Assembly (NCBI GenBank): GCA_965644295.1 | Contig: CBFFRP010000041.1 | Coordinates: 186,001 to 250,000 of the forward strand | DNA: 64,000 bases | From: Paraphysomonas bandaiensis | Lineage: Eukaryota; Protista; Chrysophyceae | Reading direction: 5' to 3' | Shown here: positions 1-13,315 of the stretch, piece by piece | Numbering within the stretch: the first letter of the stretch is position 1 | How the letters are laid out: each line of letters begins with the position of its first letter | The notes under the pieces: generated by a model | The model's input: only the letters and a program-made list of their open reading frames with translations | Database searches by the model: none | Told to the model about the DNA's origin: nothing | Made by a program: the position numbers and the translations under genes

Positions 1-1460
1 TTTGTGCCGGTGGTTATCAGGTAGTGTGTGTGTGCGTGGTGGTATTGTGTGACCGTGTGTGTATGTATAGAGGTCGCAGAGATAGGGCTCGAGCCCTCAT
101 CAGGAGAAGGCCTATACCGTCTATCTCTCTCAGCCAATGATATGAGAGGTAGATAGATATCAGCGCTGTGTGTATGACTGTGACTTCTATGCAGGACGTG
201 AGTGGCTCATCAGTAAGATGTGTGAGCATGGACTAGACGTGTATATTGATGGGGCCCTTAATATACACGGGAGAATTAACTGGCCTGAGAACCTTGAGAA
301 ACCTACTGTTGAGATCCCTGCTATCGTAACAGGCTCTCATAACGATACGGTTCCAGGTGGAGGGAATTTAGATGGCACTTTGGGAGTTTTAGCTGGGCTA
401 GAAGCTCTGGTTACTCTCAAGGAACTCAATGTCCCATTACAATATCCTATGGAGGTAATTGACTTTACTGATGAGGAGGGTCGGTTTGGGGGTATGTTAG
501 GCAGTATGTGTTTGGCTGGGAAGCTGAATGCCGAGGCTATTGAAAGCATGGTAGCTGCAGATGGTGTACGAGTAGCAGATTGTCTCGCAGCTCATGACCG
601 CTCTCCTTCAACTGCCTCAGGAGCAAAATATAACTCGGGAACTATCAAATCGTACGTGGAGCTGCATATTGAACAAGGACCTGTGCTAGATCAGACTGGA
701 GAGAATATTGGAATTGTTACTGCTATTGTGGGCTTGTGGAAGGCAGAGTTCACTCTAGGTGGTCAAGCCAACCATGCAGGCACAACACCTATGGTATATT
801 AGATATTTGTCATAGAAATTTGAATGAATTATTGTGTTTGTTTATATTTTGATATATGATGTGTCTTTCCTTGAACTGCTATGAACTGATCACGTGTTTC
901 TAACGATAATTTTCTAACAGAATATGAGGCGAAACGCGTTCCTTGGGTGCGCACGATTACAAGTGGAAATCGAGTCTCTTTTACAGACACATGGATCTCC
1001 TAGTTCGGTTTGCACGATTGGTAAAGTGGATGTACATCCAGGTGGCGCGAATGTAGTACCTGGAAAGTGTGTATTTACTCTTGAATTACGAGACCCGTCA
1101 TCAGAAGTAATTGATTCTCTCTCAAGTGCTGTAATATCAACATTACAGAATATTTGTGATGAGTGTCGCCTAGATATGAGTTACCGCATCATGAGCAACA
1201 TTTCGGCAGTTCCATGTGACGCAGCTATTCAGAACCAAATTCACCAAGCATGTGATAACTTGAATCTGACAAAGCGAGTAATGCCATCTGGTGCTGCTCA
1301 TGATGCACAAAATATTCCTGAAATCGGACCCATGGGCATGATATTTGTACCATCAGTAAACGGAGTTTCTCATCACCACACGGAGTATACAAAGGACGAA
1401 GATATTGTACGTGGCGCAAACGTGCTACTCAACACGTTGTACAGGCTAGGCACACAATAA
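1..1460 (+). CDS. Zn-dependent amidohydrolase, M20 hydantoinase/carbamoylase (allantoate amidohydrolase / beta-ureidopropionase-like) family; 5' end lies upstream of the window
   Basis: Motifs GSHNDTVPGGGNLDGTLGVL, DEEGRF, ELHIEQGPVL, GQANHAGTTPM, SGAAHDAQ, SHHHTE. GT-AG introns at about 21-70, 149-194 and 794-921 join the ORFs; stop TAA at 1458-1460. Confidence 0.9.
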
Positions 1461-2017
1461 GTCAAAGGAATACATAATACATACGGGTTTCCAGTGTCTT
1501 AAAGATAAGCCTGTAGCTTGTGTGCAGTTGTTTCAATCCAGTTTTGTGACTGGTTTGATTGATTTTAATTTTTCGGACTAACTACAGTGTAGTCAACCTC
1601 TAAAATGAAGAGAAGTTCAGTTCTCCAATGACATATAATATATAATAATATACAATATTCTTAGGTGCAGCATAATTGATGATATTTTTATTAGCAATCA
1701 CTTCTGGCTAGTGTATGATATTAGCATCATCAGCGATCAGAGTTTCTAGGTAGTATTTTATTGAAACAAGACTACTTTTGTTGTAACATTTTATAAAGCA
1801 CTACAATAATACATTTGTTCGTATGTCTAGACTATGAACAAAGATACCCAGACTTCATACTTTCTAATAAAGATGAACATGATTTTAGATTCATCCACAT
1901 CCATCCATTCTCTTACACGAAAGCAAAGTAGTAAAAGTCACGAGAAATCTGGGAAACAGCTTTCGTTTTATTGCCTCAAGTAGAATAAGTGAATACTATT
2001 TCGAATGAATTTTGAAA

Positions 2018-3618
2018 CTAGGATAACTTTTTCGTCTCGAATAGAGCTTTATCTGTAGATACGATCCAATCACCCACATCAAACTGAAGAAATTCATCTG
2101 ACAGGACCCACTTCTACGTAGGATAATAAAGGATAATAAGTATGTGACGTCATGCAATTTATAGCAGACACATACCTCTTCCGCAATTAACCGAACAAAA
2201 AACTTCCAAAATTCATTGAAGGTATTCTTAGTGGAAAATGGTAGCTCGTCAGCACGAATATTTTCTATTCAATTAGATATATTAAACAACGTGAGAAGCG
2301 TGTCCGATTCAACTGACCTTTCCGCAGGCACTCTGACATGAAAACACAATGAGAGTATGCCTTCATATAATCCTCCTAAATTTTAAATGCTGTTCATAAA
2401 GCGGTATGTATTGGCCGATGAGCTAAATACCTTTTTCGCATGCTGCTTTAAAACCACAGTCCATCCCCCATTCGATCGTGGTAGAATACAGTATGGTTCG
2501 TCCGAAAACGTATCGCATGTTCGATGCCACCTTTGAACCTGCTCATTGAACAAACCAGGTGACAACCGTAGTGCCAAATCCAACGAACACCCGATAACTA
2601 CCCTTCGAGATGGGGAGAGACAAACTTGAAGGGTTAGTCCGAAGCTTTCCGCGGAATTTATAGCTGCAATGCTAATGCCGAGTTCACTTGTACGGCTTTT
2701 GTCACTCCGTAGCGTCTCCATAACCTTCTCGAACATACCGGAGTCTGACTTTTCCAAGCTAAATGAACATTGATCTTGCACAAATGATAAAGTCTTATGC
2801 AGTAACAACCAGCAACGTGAGCGATTGATGGTCTGGAGACGTAGACAAGCCACGGCTTTATAGTTTGCATACACGTGAAGGGCGGTAAGGAACGCGAACA
2901 CCAGCATTGATACCTGTGTGTCACCGCCCATTAGTTTCGCTAAACCTACTCCTAACATGAGACCAAAGAGGCTTACAGCAGTCTCCTGTGAGCCTTCTTT
3001 CGCGTGTAGATCACTGGCATTATTTCTCCTCGATAAATGGTTTGTAATACATAGCTTTGTTGCTCCCGCAGAAATACCACACATAGTTTTGCATATCGCC
3101 GAAGCAGAAAGGACATATATATACATGTAACTGGGGAAAAATGGGGAGAGAATGTCTAAAACAAGTCCAACATCATTAATGATATCCGCAAAGAGGCGCC
3201 ATTCTTTGACGAAAACACCGAAGCTATTAGAATACCTAGACGAAAAGAGAATTGAAGACGCCATACCAATACCGTCACTTAAAATCCATGTAACGGCCGC
3301 GGTATGAGCACTTGCTTGTTCTGATCCAACACCAGCGCTCGTAAGAAGGGCATGAGTACATAATACTCCTCTCAAATAACTGCAAAGGGCTTGCAGACTA
3401 TCGTATATCTGATACTCCAGATACTCCTGAGCTACACTATCCGGATAATCCACGGGCAGAAAAGAGTTGAGTATAAATACTCTGATAGCACTCAGAGTCA
3501 AGGCGTAACCGCTTGTAACGGCATATTGTCCGTTGGATGCCTGTACAGAGACTACATCTAAGGCCCCCGCAGATCTCCTCACCTGATAGCCCACCACACC
3601 ATTCTTTGTGCTGTCCAT
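2018..3618 (-). CDS. RUS1 / DUF647 (root UV-B sensitive, C16orf58-like) family protein
   Basis: FLPVDYPDSVAQEYLEYQIYDSLQ, KEWRLFADIIND, AKEGSQET, HVYANYKAV are typical DUF647 blocks. Likely start MDSTKNG at 3618; three short 3' introns extend the frame to TAG at 2018-2020. Confidence 0.88.
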
Positions 3619-4070
3619 AGACTGGTGGGAGTTGTGATGCAATGAGAGAAACGTCAAAGCTGATTTAGTGATGATTTGATATTGGAACCCAATGCACCTG
3701 TAGCTGCATATATATACATACATCTCAGCTGTGCATCTTAACAAGGCGATATTTATGTTACGACGAACATACAGAGAAAATAGGGGATATTTAGAGAAAT
3801 CTGTCATTTTCAGCAACATTTATATATAGATATCTTGATATCTGCTGTACATGTAGGCAGAAGTTCGCCTCATTGTCTATGGAATACTCCACTCTGTAGG
3901 CACTCGTGCAGTGGTCACACACATGTACATACAGTATATACATACACATATACAGCAGTATGTACTCAACGAGTAGTATACACACATAGGCATATATACA
4001 GGAGTCTAGAGCAGTACATACATGACAGCACATGTACATGTATATATAGACAGCAGAGGGTAAGATAAGC

Positions 4071-4923
4071 ATGAATATCAATCGTCGTCTAGAAAAAGAG
4101 ATCCAGATGCTCTCCCATGATCCTGGTCCAGGTATCAGTGTATGGCGAGAGAGTACAAGTGAGTTACGGGCTCAGATGACTGGACCTGAGGACTCCCCAT
4201 ATGAGGGGGGGCTCTTCTCTCTAGTGCTCAATATACCCGATAGGTTACATGTAGAGAGATCCGTATTCATCAGAGGGATCATTCTGTGTATACAGGTATC
4301 CGTTTGAGCCCCCTAGAGTGCGGTTTGTGACCCCTGTGTATCACCCTAACATAGACTCGGATGGGAGAATATGTTTAGATACGCTAAAGATGCAGCCTCA
4401 GGTTATATCATCACCTCATCTGTACTGCACTTGTGTTTACTTCACTTACTCAGGGATCATGGTCGCCGTCTGTAAACATCAACACCTTATTAATAACGAT
4501 AAGAGTTCTATTAGCTCACCCCAACGCAGACGACGGTCTTGTCCCTGATATTGTATGCTTTTATTCTATTTGCTTTATAATTTGAACTGATGCTTATATT
4601 ATACTCAGACTGACCAGTATAGAAGAGATATTGCTGCGTTCAATCGAGATGCTGCTGAGCATACCAAAACACATGCCTCCCAGGAACGTATACAGGGTTT
4701 AGAAGTGGCAGTAGGTAGTCATAAAGAAAGTAATGCCCCAACTTTGCAAGCCTCAACTGGTGCTACCACTGTTAATCAGCACGGTCAAGATGGATCATCT
4801 GTGGAAGATAGTTCTGGTTCATCGTCCGATAGTGATAGTTCTGATGAATCTGCGAGTGATACGGATCAAGATGATCCTGCAAACGAGGATGTTGCCTCTA
4901 AAAGGCAAAAAATAAGCAATTAA
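4071..4923 (+). CDS. UBE2T: Ubiquitin-conjugating enzyme E2, UBE2T-like, with acidic Ser-rich tail
   Basis: [41 protein letters not shown] with catalytic Cys, then GSWSPSVNI; three GT-AG introns; tail ends KRQKISN. Confidence 0.85.
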
Positions 4924-5184
4924 CGGATGTCTTGACGACCTCTACTGCTAGTTTCTTCCTTACTTCTTTTTTGAGAAAATATAAAATTACCTTTTCGGCT
5001 AAAAAGTATCTGATATACTGATATAAAGTCTGTAGTGTTTCTTGAAAGTAGTTGCTTCTTGTATTGTAAATAATGCGTACTATATTAGCTAGTTTGATCA
5101 AAAGTGGGAAACAATTATAATATTTTTATGTTTTTGTACGGGATATTGCTACAGATAAAAGATAATATTACGAGAAAGTATAAT

Positions 5185-5535
5185 AGTGAATGTCTGATTA
5201 TTATCAATTAGCAATAGGCGCGTAGGAATCAGAAATAATGTATCAAAACAATTTAACTAACGAGTGCTTAACTCTGATATCCTACTATTTGGCATTATGA
5301 AAGCTTTCGCTTTCTCTGTCCTTAAGATGCCTTTGAGGTGGGTCCATTCAAGTGACACTAATTAATGCCCCTTGTACCACACAAGCAATTGGATATGCGT
5401 GGGCAGGAAATTACCTACTGACTACTGACTATACACTATATACGCGGCTCACGTAAGTTTCCCGGAGAAATACTTTCGGTGCTTATCCCCCACAACACCA
5501 CCAAAATGTGCGAGTCCGACTTTGGTGAGAGCGGA
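5185..5535 (-). mobile_element. Decayed copy of the dispersed SINE-like retroposon (5' body plus shared 3' tail)
   Basis: Reverse complement matches 62635-62800 (caaagtcggactcgcac...gggaaacttacgtgagccgc) and the tail (gcctattgctaa...aatcagacattca). Confidence 0.75.
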
Positions 5536-5719
5536 AAAGTATATTAAAGTTTCTGCTATAGATGTTGGATATAGCAAGTAGTGGAACTTTTGAAATGAAA
5601 AAAGTGTTGCTCTTCTAGGGCTCTTCTTTTATAGGGTGAACAGCACCAGCTCGAATTCTATAGAACGTAGTCTATAGCAGGTATGCGTCATGATTATTTG
5701 ATACTGTGCCAAACTGAAT

Positions 5720-5973
5720 TTATATGTGTTGGATGGGCTATGCAATAGAAGATTTTGAAATTAACTATGACAAAGTTACAAAAGCCTCTACACATATGCC
5801 ATGGGAGTAGCCTATTCCAAGAGTAGCTCCAGAAGACGAGTTTAATGCAGAGCCTCGTACTTTTGGTGGACTTGTAAATTTTATGTCAGTGAAGGAAAAT
5901 TAGGAAGAGTACTTAAACAAGTTGCAGGAACGTATTCATCCTGAATTTGCGAGAGGTATAAAACTACAATTAT
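5720..5973 (+). mobile_element. Possible degenerate Ty3/gypsy pol fragment (protease-RT linker)
   Basis: Stop-interrupted translation MPWE*PIPRVAPEDEFNAEPRTFGGLVNFMSVKEN*EEYLNKLQERIHPEFARG looks protein-like and recalls LTR-element linkers; no catalytic motif is visible. Confidence 0.3.
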
Positions 5974-6154
5974 AGGGTTTATCTTAGCATAAGATAGCGT
6001 ATGTGAACTGTAAAATTCAGTGAAATATATCACAAAGTAAATTAATGATAGTATCTGTTGAGAATTTAGGATCGTCATCATAATGATCGTCATTTACAGT
6101 TACGTAGTAATTATTCCGTTTCACGTAATCTTACTTACATTACTGTGTTTATCA

Positions 6155-6300
6155 CTTTTACACTCTAATAACCACAACATTCTTCTTACAATTACTTACT
6201 TTTACACTCTAGTAATCACAACATTATTCTTATATAATAAAGTCTGATTATTACATGAGAACGGTTGGGTACAGAAAAACATTCTTCTTACAATTACTAA
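6155..6300. repeat. Short imperfect direct repeats (ttttacactcta...cacaacattcttcttacaattact)
   Basis: A unit of about 44 bp occurs twice in tandem, with a third partial copy near 6278-6298. Confidence 0.6.
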
Positions 6301-6879
6301 GCTTAAATCTGGATTAATAATAATCAAGAGTTCAATTATTTGGCTTCAATCCTATTGCTGTGCCTGTTTCTGCGCGCACAAGTTCAGAATTTTATTCTCT
6401 TCCAATTTCTAATAATCAGTCATAACAATCTCAGCTCTGCTGTGCAGTCTCTCACAAATGTTGGCAGTGCTACAAAATGTTTCATGCAACGATATCGTGT
6501 TAGTAGCTTGTGGGTGCTTTCTTGCACTTTCGTTTGTTTTTAATGCAGTAGTCAAAATCAATACATATTTCCCTAGGTAGGCGACAGGTAAGCAGAAATT
6601 GCGAGAATTACACAGGTCAAACAAAAAAGCAGCATTGTTTGTTTAGTTGTGCTGATGCTGTGAATCGCTGATACGCCTTCAATATGAGACGATAGTTGAA
6701 TCTCAATAAGCAAAATTGATTGAATGCGTTTTCCAATAACTTGTGAGTTTGAAGAGAAAAATATTGCACATTTTCGTGTTATTTAAAACTTGTGTTATTA
6801 TCATTATAAATATAATTTAATGATATGAATGTAGTTTTCCTTGTCATCAGAAATTTTAGAGCATGTATCACCCATACAA

Positions 6880-9800
6880 TTACTTTGCAGTGGCTTTTAT
6901 TCTTGCAATACGACCAGATCTTGATCTTAAGAGTTTAGGAGCAGCTGAAGTAGATTTTGTAGTATCATCTGCATCACACTCAGTGGGTGTGGATTCATTT
7001 GTTCTCTGTGGGTCCGAGTTTTCGACGTCATATGATGCATCATCAGAGCCAGTGGATTCGCCGTCAAGTGATTTCGACGATCTGTTGGACTGTACATCAC
7101 TGCTATCGCATTCGCTCGTAGAAGCTTTCAAAGGAGACGACAGAGAATCGGATGAGTCACAACTTTCTGAACGGGGCATCTTGCTTGTACGTGTCTCATT
7201 CTTGATGATATCGTGATTACGGGTCCGACTGACAATACATATCAAATAAAATATGGCACAGAAAGTTTTACATACGTAATATCTTCAAGTGGCTTAAATG
7301 GTACTTTTTCAGGTGTTGTTCCAGTGGGCTTAAGAGTGTCAGATGATGATGATAACGCAAATTCCTGGCCTTCTTTGCGAGTAGTATCAATACCTTCTCC
7401 TTGGTGTCCAAGGAAGGCATGTAAGTGCTCGAAATGCAGTCCAAGTTCCTGGTTTAGCGACTCGCCTTGACCGTCTAGATATTGAGTGAAGTCGTCCATT
7501 GATAAAGATGTGGTGCCGTCCATCTTTTCGGATGCCTTTTTGACATCTTCAAGCATAGTAGTTGCCGTTGTTGAAGTTTTTTGAACCTCACCACAAGCTA
7601 CAATGAATAATGTCATTCAAGAGACCATGAAAGTAGATATCATACCTTTCGAAATTGCGGAGGTAACATCCTCAGACAAACCTGACACAGTAGAGTCCAG
7701 CACGTTTCTCTTAGCTCCAGCAGTAGCTGCAATGTCATCCACTCTACTGAGTGCTTTACCACCAATGCCATCTGCTTCTTGAACCATACGAGTGAATGTG
7801 CTAACACCATTGCCAACAATATCAGCCATTTCTCTCTGACTGGTTGTTGCCGATGAGGAATGATCAGAAATCTGCTTTGATATAGAATTTAATTGACTAG
7901 AACCATATTCTTCAAGATTAGACAACATGCTTCTCGACATTGTGGTAGATTCTTTGTGGAACGATTGCTGAGACGTAAGCATTTCCGACAGCAGGCCATT
8001 AATGTTCTACTCGATTGTTTTGTTAAAGTAAAATTATTACACAAGAAAATTAATACCTTGCGAATGTTTTCCGCATTTTGCTGAATCATATCGTCTTGCT
8101 TCTGAAGCTGGCTTGCATGTGCTTGCTCAATCTCTCTCACTTTGTCGCATAGCTCTCCTTTCATCGATGTAATGCACGATATGACGGATTCTGAATGCTC
8201 TTTTTGACACTGAAGAAACTTTTCATTGGCAGCGGAATATCCTGTTGAAGTCTCTTTAATTGCCCCAAGAATGGTGTGCATCTAAAAGCATGTTACAGTT
8301 TAGAAGGATTCAAAATGAAACGTCTAGACCTGTGTTTGTTGTTCCTGAATAAGACCTTGTGTCTGGAGCATACTATCTTCAACACCACCCAACCAATCGG
8401 ATAGTGACTCTTGAAGCGACTGTAGTGAGCGAATTACATCTACTTGAGTAGAAGTAAGATGATTTTGAAGAGAATCGCATGATGCAGACATATTATCCTT
8501 AGCAACAGTTGTGTCACCAATAAGCACAGACAATGCGCCGCCAATAGATGCTTTGAGCTCGTCACACATTGACTTTCCCCGAGTAAGCATATCTGACACT
8601 CCGTCGCACAGGTGTGTGGATTGTGTGTTTGATTTGGACACCATATCTTGTACCGAGATAGCTAATTCGCTTTGTGTTCTATCGATTCTTGATACAAAGT
8701 CCTCGATGTTATTTATTCGAGAGCGTTCCTTGGCCGCGTGTCTGTCCACTTTAGAAAACAGCCCAACAACATCCTCCTGGCGCTTCGTCACATCCCGTTG
8801 AAGATTGGATACATGCTCTGCTAATGATTCTTCTGTGAAGCTTTGTTCACCAACTACAGCTTCTGCAGCATCCCACTCAACTTGCAAATATGCCGCCTCT
8901 TCTTTGGTCTTCATCAAATCATTTTCTGTTGCCTCTAAACGAGCACCTGTATTGCGCAGCGACTCACGGGTCTCGTCGAGCAATATGCCCACTTCATCTA
9001 CTTCCTCTCGAAGAGTTTTAACTTCTTCATTTTTGGTACGTAGCGCTGTTTCACACTCCGTTATTTGCATTTCCTGAGATGCCAGACGAGATTCCATATT
9101 TTCAAAAGTCGCAGGATCAACATAAATACCGTTCTTTTCACGAGTTATCTGCAGTTGTAATCGAAGTGATTCTATCTCAGCGCAATACTCCTTCATCACG
9201 ACTTTTTTAGTCATACGCTGGTTGATTTGCGGCTGATTTTTAATGCTTTTCGCTCTATGTGCATAATCAAGTGTCGAAAGACTCTCTTCCACAGCTAGGG
9301 CGGAAGGCGAGAGGGTAGCAATGATGCATGTTTTTGCCTTACCCCCCAAGCTCTCTTGAAGCAAGCGAGTCAGCTTCGAATCTCTATATGGAATATGTCC
9401 GTGGTGGTCAACAAGGGCGGTAATAACTCGACCAAGTGTAAGGAGAGACTGGTTAATGCTTCCAGCCTCTCGTGCACGTGCATTTTTGGCTCCAGAACGC
9501 CCAACACACTCCGAACTATAACATAAAATTACACTACTCGCAGAAAACTAAATGATGAACATACCCCGCAAGATCTACAAGGTTCAACTGTCCGTGTCGG
9601 ACAACTTCCTCGCCCTCTACATTTGTCTCGCGTATCATAATCTTCATTGTGAATATGCTGTGACTTCTGCTCGAGTTTTTGTTACATAAAGTGGCTGCAG
9701 TTTGCCTTTGTTTAATCCCTCTTTTAAGGATGTCAAAAATATCGGAAGCATTTAACACGGTTATTTCTTCCAAGTTCTGGCACACAACACCTTTCTTCGC

Positions 9801-10430
9801 ATCTTCACAGAGTCTAAGTCGGCCCTTGTCTTCATTCGAGGATGAGCTGCTGTCAACTGCTAGCAGATCCTATACAAACAGCATGTTACCAAGTTGAAAC
9901 GTACCTCCAATATCTATACCTGGAGCTCTTCGTTATACAATTCTAAGAAAGAGACGCGGATGGTGAAGTCTGCTCCCGTTGATTCAAGCTTGTCGAGAAT
10001 CGATGTCACTGATCTTGGCACAATACCAGCATTATCTTGCGAGTGGATATCACCCTCCATAGTGTGTGTCTTTCCTGTTCCAGTTTGACCATAGGCAAAA
10101 ATTGTGCAGTTGAATCCTGCCAGTGTTTCGTCGACAATAGGGAGCACCATACTTTCGAATACTTCCTCTTGTGTGGAGTACATCCCGAATACCCGATCAA
10201 ATGAAAAGGTCTTCGTTATCTTCTTTGCCATTGGGCCATAGTTTACCTTCACCTGTCGATTCTCAGTATCACATGCAACGACGGTGGGATTGTTGCTTTT
10301 CCTCTCCTCAGTATTCGGTGGTCTGATAATGAGCATCACAATAACTTACAGTTATGCACATATTTGCATACCTGCATCGAACAGCAACTTGAACATGTGT
10401 TGCTTTCTGCGATTGACTAGATTCTGCCAT
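6880..10430 (-). CDS. KIF11: Kinesin-5 (BimC/Eg5) mitotic motor
   Basis: [10 protein letters not shown]-loop [42 protein letters not shown]-like [18 protein letters not shown], long coiled coil, BimC-box-like PTGTTPEK; multiple short GT-AG introns; ATG at 10430. Confidence 0.92.
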
Positions 10431-10934
10431 TGTTCTGATTTATGATGAGAGGCCTTACCTGTTGAATAATTTATCAATGCCTTGTAATGTTTGCTTGTCG
10501 TGTTAAGATGTGGAAGAGTGCACTGGTGCTTCTTGCAACCCATCCAACTCAACGGCTAGTACAGCATCATCAGCAGATCACAGTCCTCTGTATTCCTCGG
10601 AGCGTATTCTATGAGCTGTATACATACTGCTGTAGTGTATATATACTGTACGTACTCTGCTGCTGATGGTGCATTGGACACATATATCTGGTATGGACGT
10701 ACAGAGGAATTGTATTCTTCAACGCTCTTCTTCTCAGTGTTCTTCCGTCTATATCCATACCTACATATATACCTATACCTACATATATATACCAGTATAC
10801 TCCACTGCTGTAGGATACGATACACCATGTATGTGTACTGCAGAGCACTGTATGATCCGTATCTAGTCTCTATGGACACACACACAGTACATGTATATGA
10901 AACATAGAGCATAACACACCAGTCAACAGAAAAG

Positions 10935-11665
10935 ATGACAATAAAACAAGTATCTGTATTCCTGGGATGGATCTTATTGAGCTGGAGCCGCCTGTGTCTC
11001 TGCAGCGACCCCCCTCCCTTCTGGAAGAAGGCAGAGACAGCAAGGTGACTATATACCCATACACTGACTGATATAACATGCTGCGTGTATCTATAGATGG
11101 CTGGCGCATGAGCATCTGTGGGGTAGGTGTCATTCTTATGGATATATGTGTTAATGTGTAGTAGGGACGCTATCCACGACCTCTGTACATCTCAATGGAC
11201 AGGCATGGGGGACGGCTAAGTCATTCGTTGATGGAAGCACCTCCAATTCAACTGGAGTTTTGTACTTTTATGACTGCGATATCAATACATCGATACAAGA
11301 TATACAAGAGAATCCAATGTGTGCATTTTCGCTGACAGAGGCGGAAAGTAATCGATGTTCTGTTGATGAATTAGATCCTGAAGATCCCCGTTGTGCGCGC
11401 GTTTCTTTCAGTGGAAAGTTTCTTGAAGTCACGGACCCCGATGAATTAAAGTTTGCCCAGTCAGCTCTCTTCGAGCGACATCCACAAATGGAGTCATGGC
11501 CCGACGACCACACATGGAGGGTCTACAAGATTGACCTCACAGAAATTTTCTTGCTCGATATCTACGGAGGAGGTATGCTTATTAGAATCTGTGTATTATT
11601 AATATAACACATATTTATTAGCAACGATTGTGCCGATCGATGAGTATTATGCTGTGGAAATGTGA
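10935..11665 (+). CDS. CREG-like secreted/lysosomal split-barrel (PNPOx-like) protein
   Basis: Signal peptide MTIKQVSVFLGWILLSW, then ARWLAHEHLWGTLST, DPEDPRCARVSFSG, LFERHPQMESWPDDHTW, LDIYGG; three introns; TGA at 11663-11665. Confidence 0.88.
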
Positions 11666-11766
11666 ATTCAAGTATTCCTCATCCATGAGAAACATTGTAT
11701 CAATATATTAGTTATGACGACAGATTATTATATCATTATAACATATTTAAGTGGAGGTATGCTGCC

Positions 11767-12068
11767 AATTTTTATGGGTATTGCCCCATTCTGAGCGCGT
11801 ACTTAGGTAGAGCCGGGTGGGGGCACTAATACTTGATTGAAGTCCCATATGTTATTTGCTAGCTACCTACTGAACCCAAGTAGCTACATCATTATCACAC
11901 GGTATTCAGCGCTGAATATGCAGTGAGAACCCAGAGTGGGGAACTGCTGAACTAAGCAATGTGTACATAGGTAGAGGCGGGCAATCGCAGCACTCAGCAG
12001 CACCCACTAGAGGGCGGCATGCAGTAATTAGTTACGCTGTCAATATGGGGCAATATCACTCTCAAATT
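11767..12068. mobile_element. Putative degenerate MITE (about 300 bp)
   Basis: Imperfect terminal inverted repeats of about 45 bp with an exact core tattgccccat / atggggcaata; interior is more GC-rich than the flanks. Confidence 0.45.
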
Positions 12069-13315
12069 AATAGCCAACTTGCTAAGCACCACTACGTTCC
12101 ATTAATGATAGAGAAAATAGCTAACAAGAAATTATGATAAATATCTTTACCCTCTCGGAAATATACCCGCCCAGAACACATCTATTTACACTCATCTCAC
12201 AACTCACAGCACTTAGATAACCCTGATTAGTCCTTTGAAGTGAGTCTCCACAACGCTCTTGAAATATTGAAAATAGAGGAACAAGATAGCTGATATAATG
12301 CCTATATTATAGTATGTGTCATCCGATTTCTCTCTCATCTTACTCTGAAGTACATGTCATATGTCGTCAGGTTGGGTTCATATTGCAGGTAATGCAGATA
12401 CGATGTCATCATGCTATCTATAACTATTGATACTCAATGAAATATAATAATATGACGAAAGATTTGTGTTCAGCACCTCTGAATTAGTCTAACAGCATCA
12501 TCCCTCCATCAACATCACTATGAGCAGACATACTCAGACAAACAATGATATGATTATAAGGTCATCATGATGGACGACAGCGACAGGTGGTTCAAAAGAT
12601 GAAGACACTCACTTGCAACTTAACGCAACACTGAACTCATGAGAGATCAAAGTCACGAGAATGATAATGAAACAAAGTTTGAGAGTGTGTTTGATGTGTG
12701 TGTGTGTTCTGGTTACATCTGCTGCATCTTATTGATGAAATTAAGAACTGTCTCCATAGTCAACTCACGAAGGTCAAGATATCGTAGTCCTTCACTTGAA
12801 TATATATGCATATATATATATATACATATTAGCACCTTTATATACATTCACATATATACAGATTATTGCTGTAAATCATAAACCGAAGTATTATGGGATT
12901 TTATGAGGTTTTGGGAGCTAACAAACTCTAAATACCCCGCTTTTACTAAGTTATCCGGGTTTTACATTAGTATATTGCTGTATATCTGTATATACTGTAC
13001 ATATACTCTGTATACGATGTATGTGGGACAATCTCTTGTCTCTTCAAGATACGAAGTGTGGGTTGTTTGTGTATATAGGTATCTATATTTGTTCTTCTGT
13101 TGTAATAAATTATTTCTTTTCTCTGTGAAAAGTGTAAAAAATTGGCTTTTTAATGGAAAAAAGAGGACTTTTCAATGAAATATGAAATAGACAATGACCA
13201 AATTGATAAAATCAATATGCACAACTATCCCAGTCATACATACATGTACATACAGTATCATATTCACTTCACATCACTTCTATTCACTTCTGTTCTCTTG
13301 TATATACAGATACAT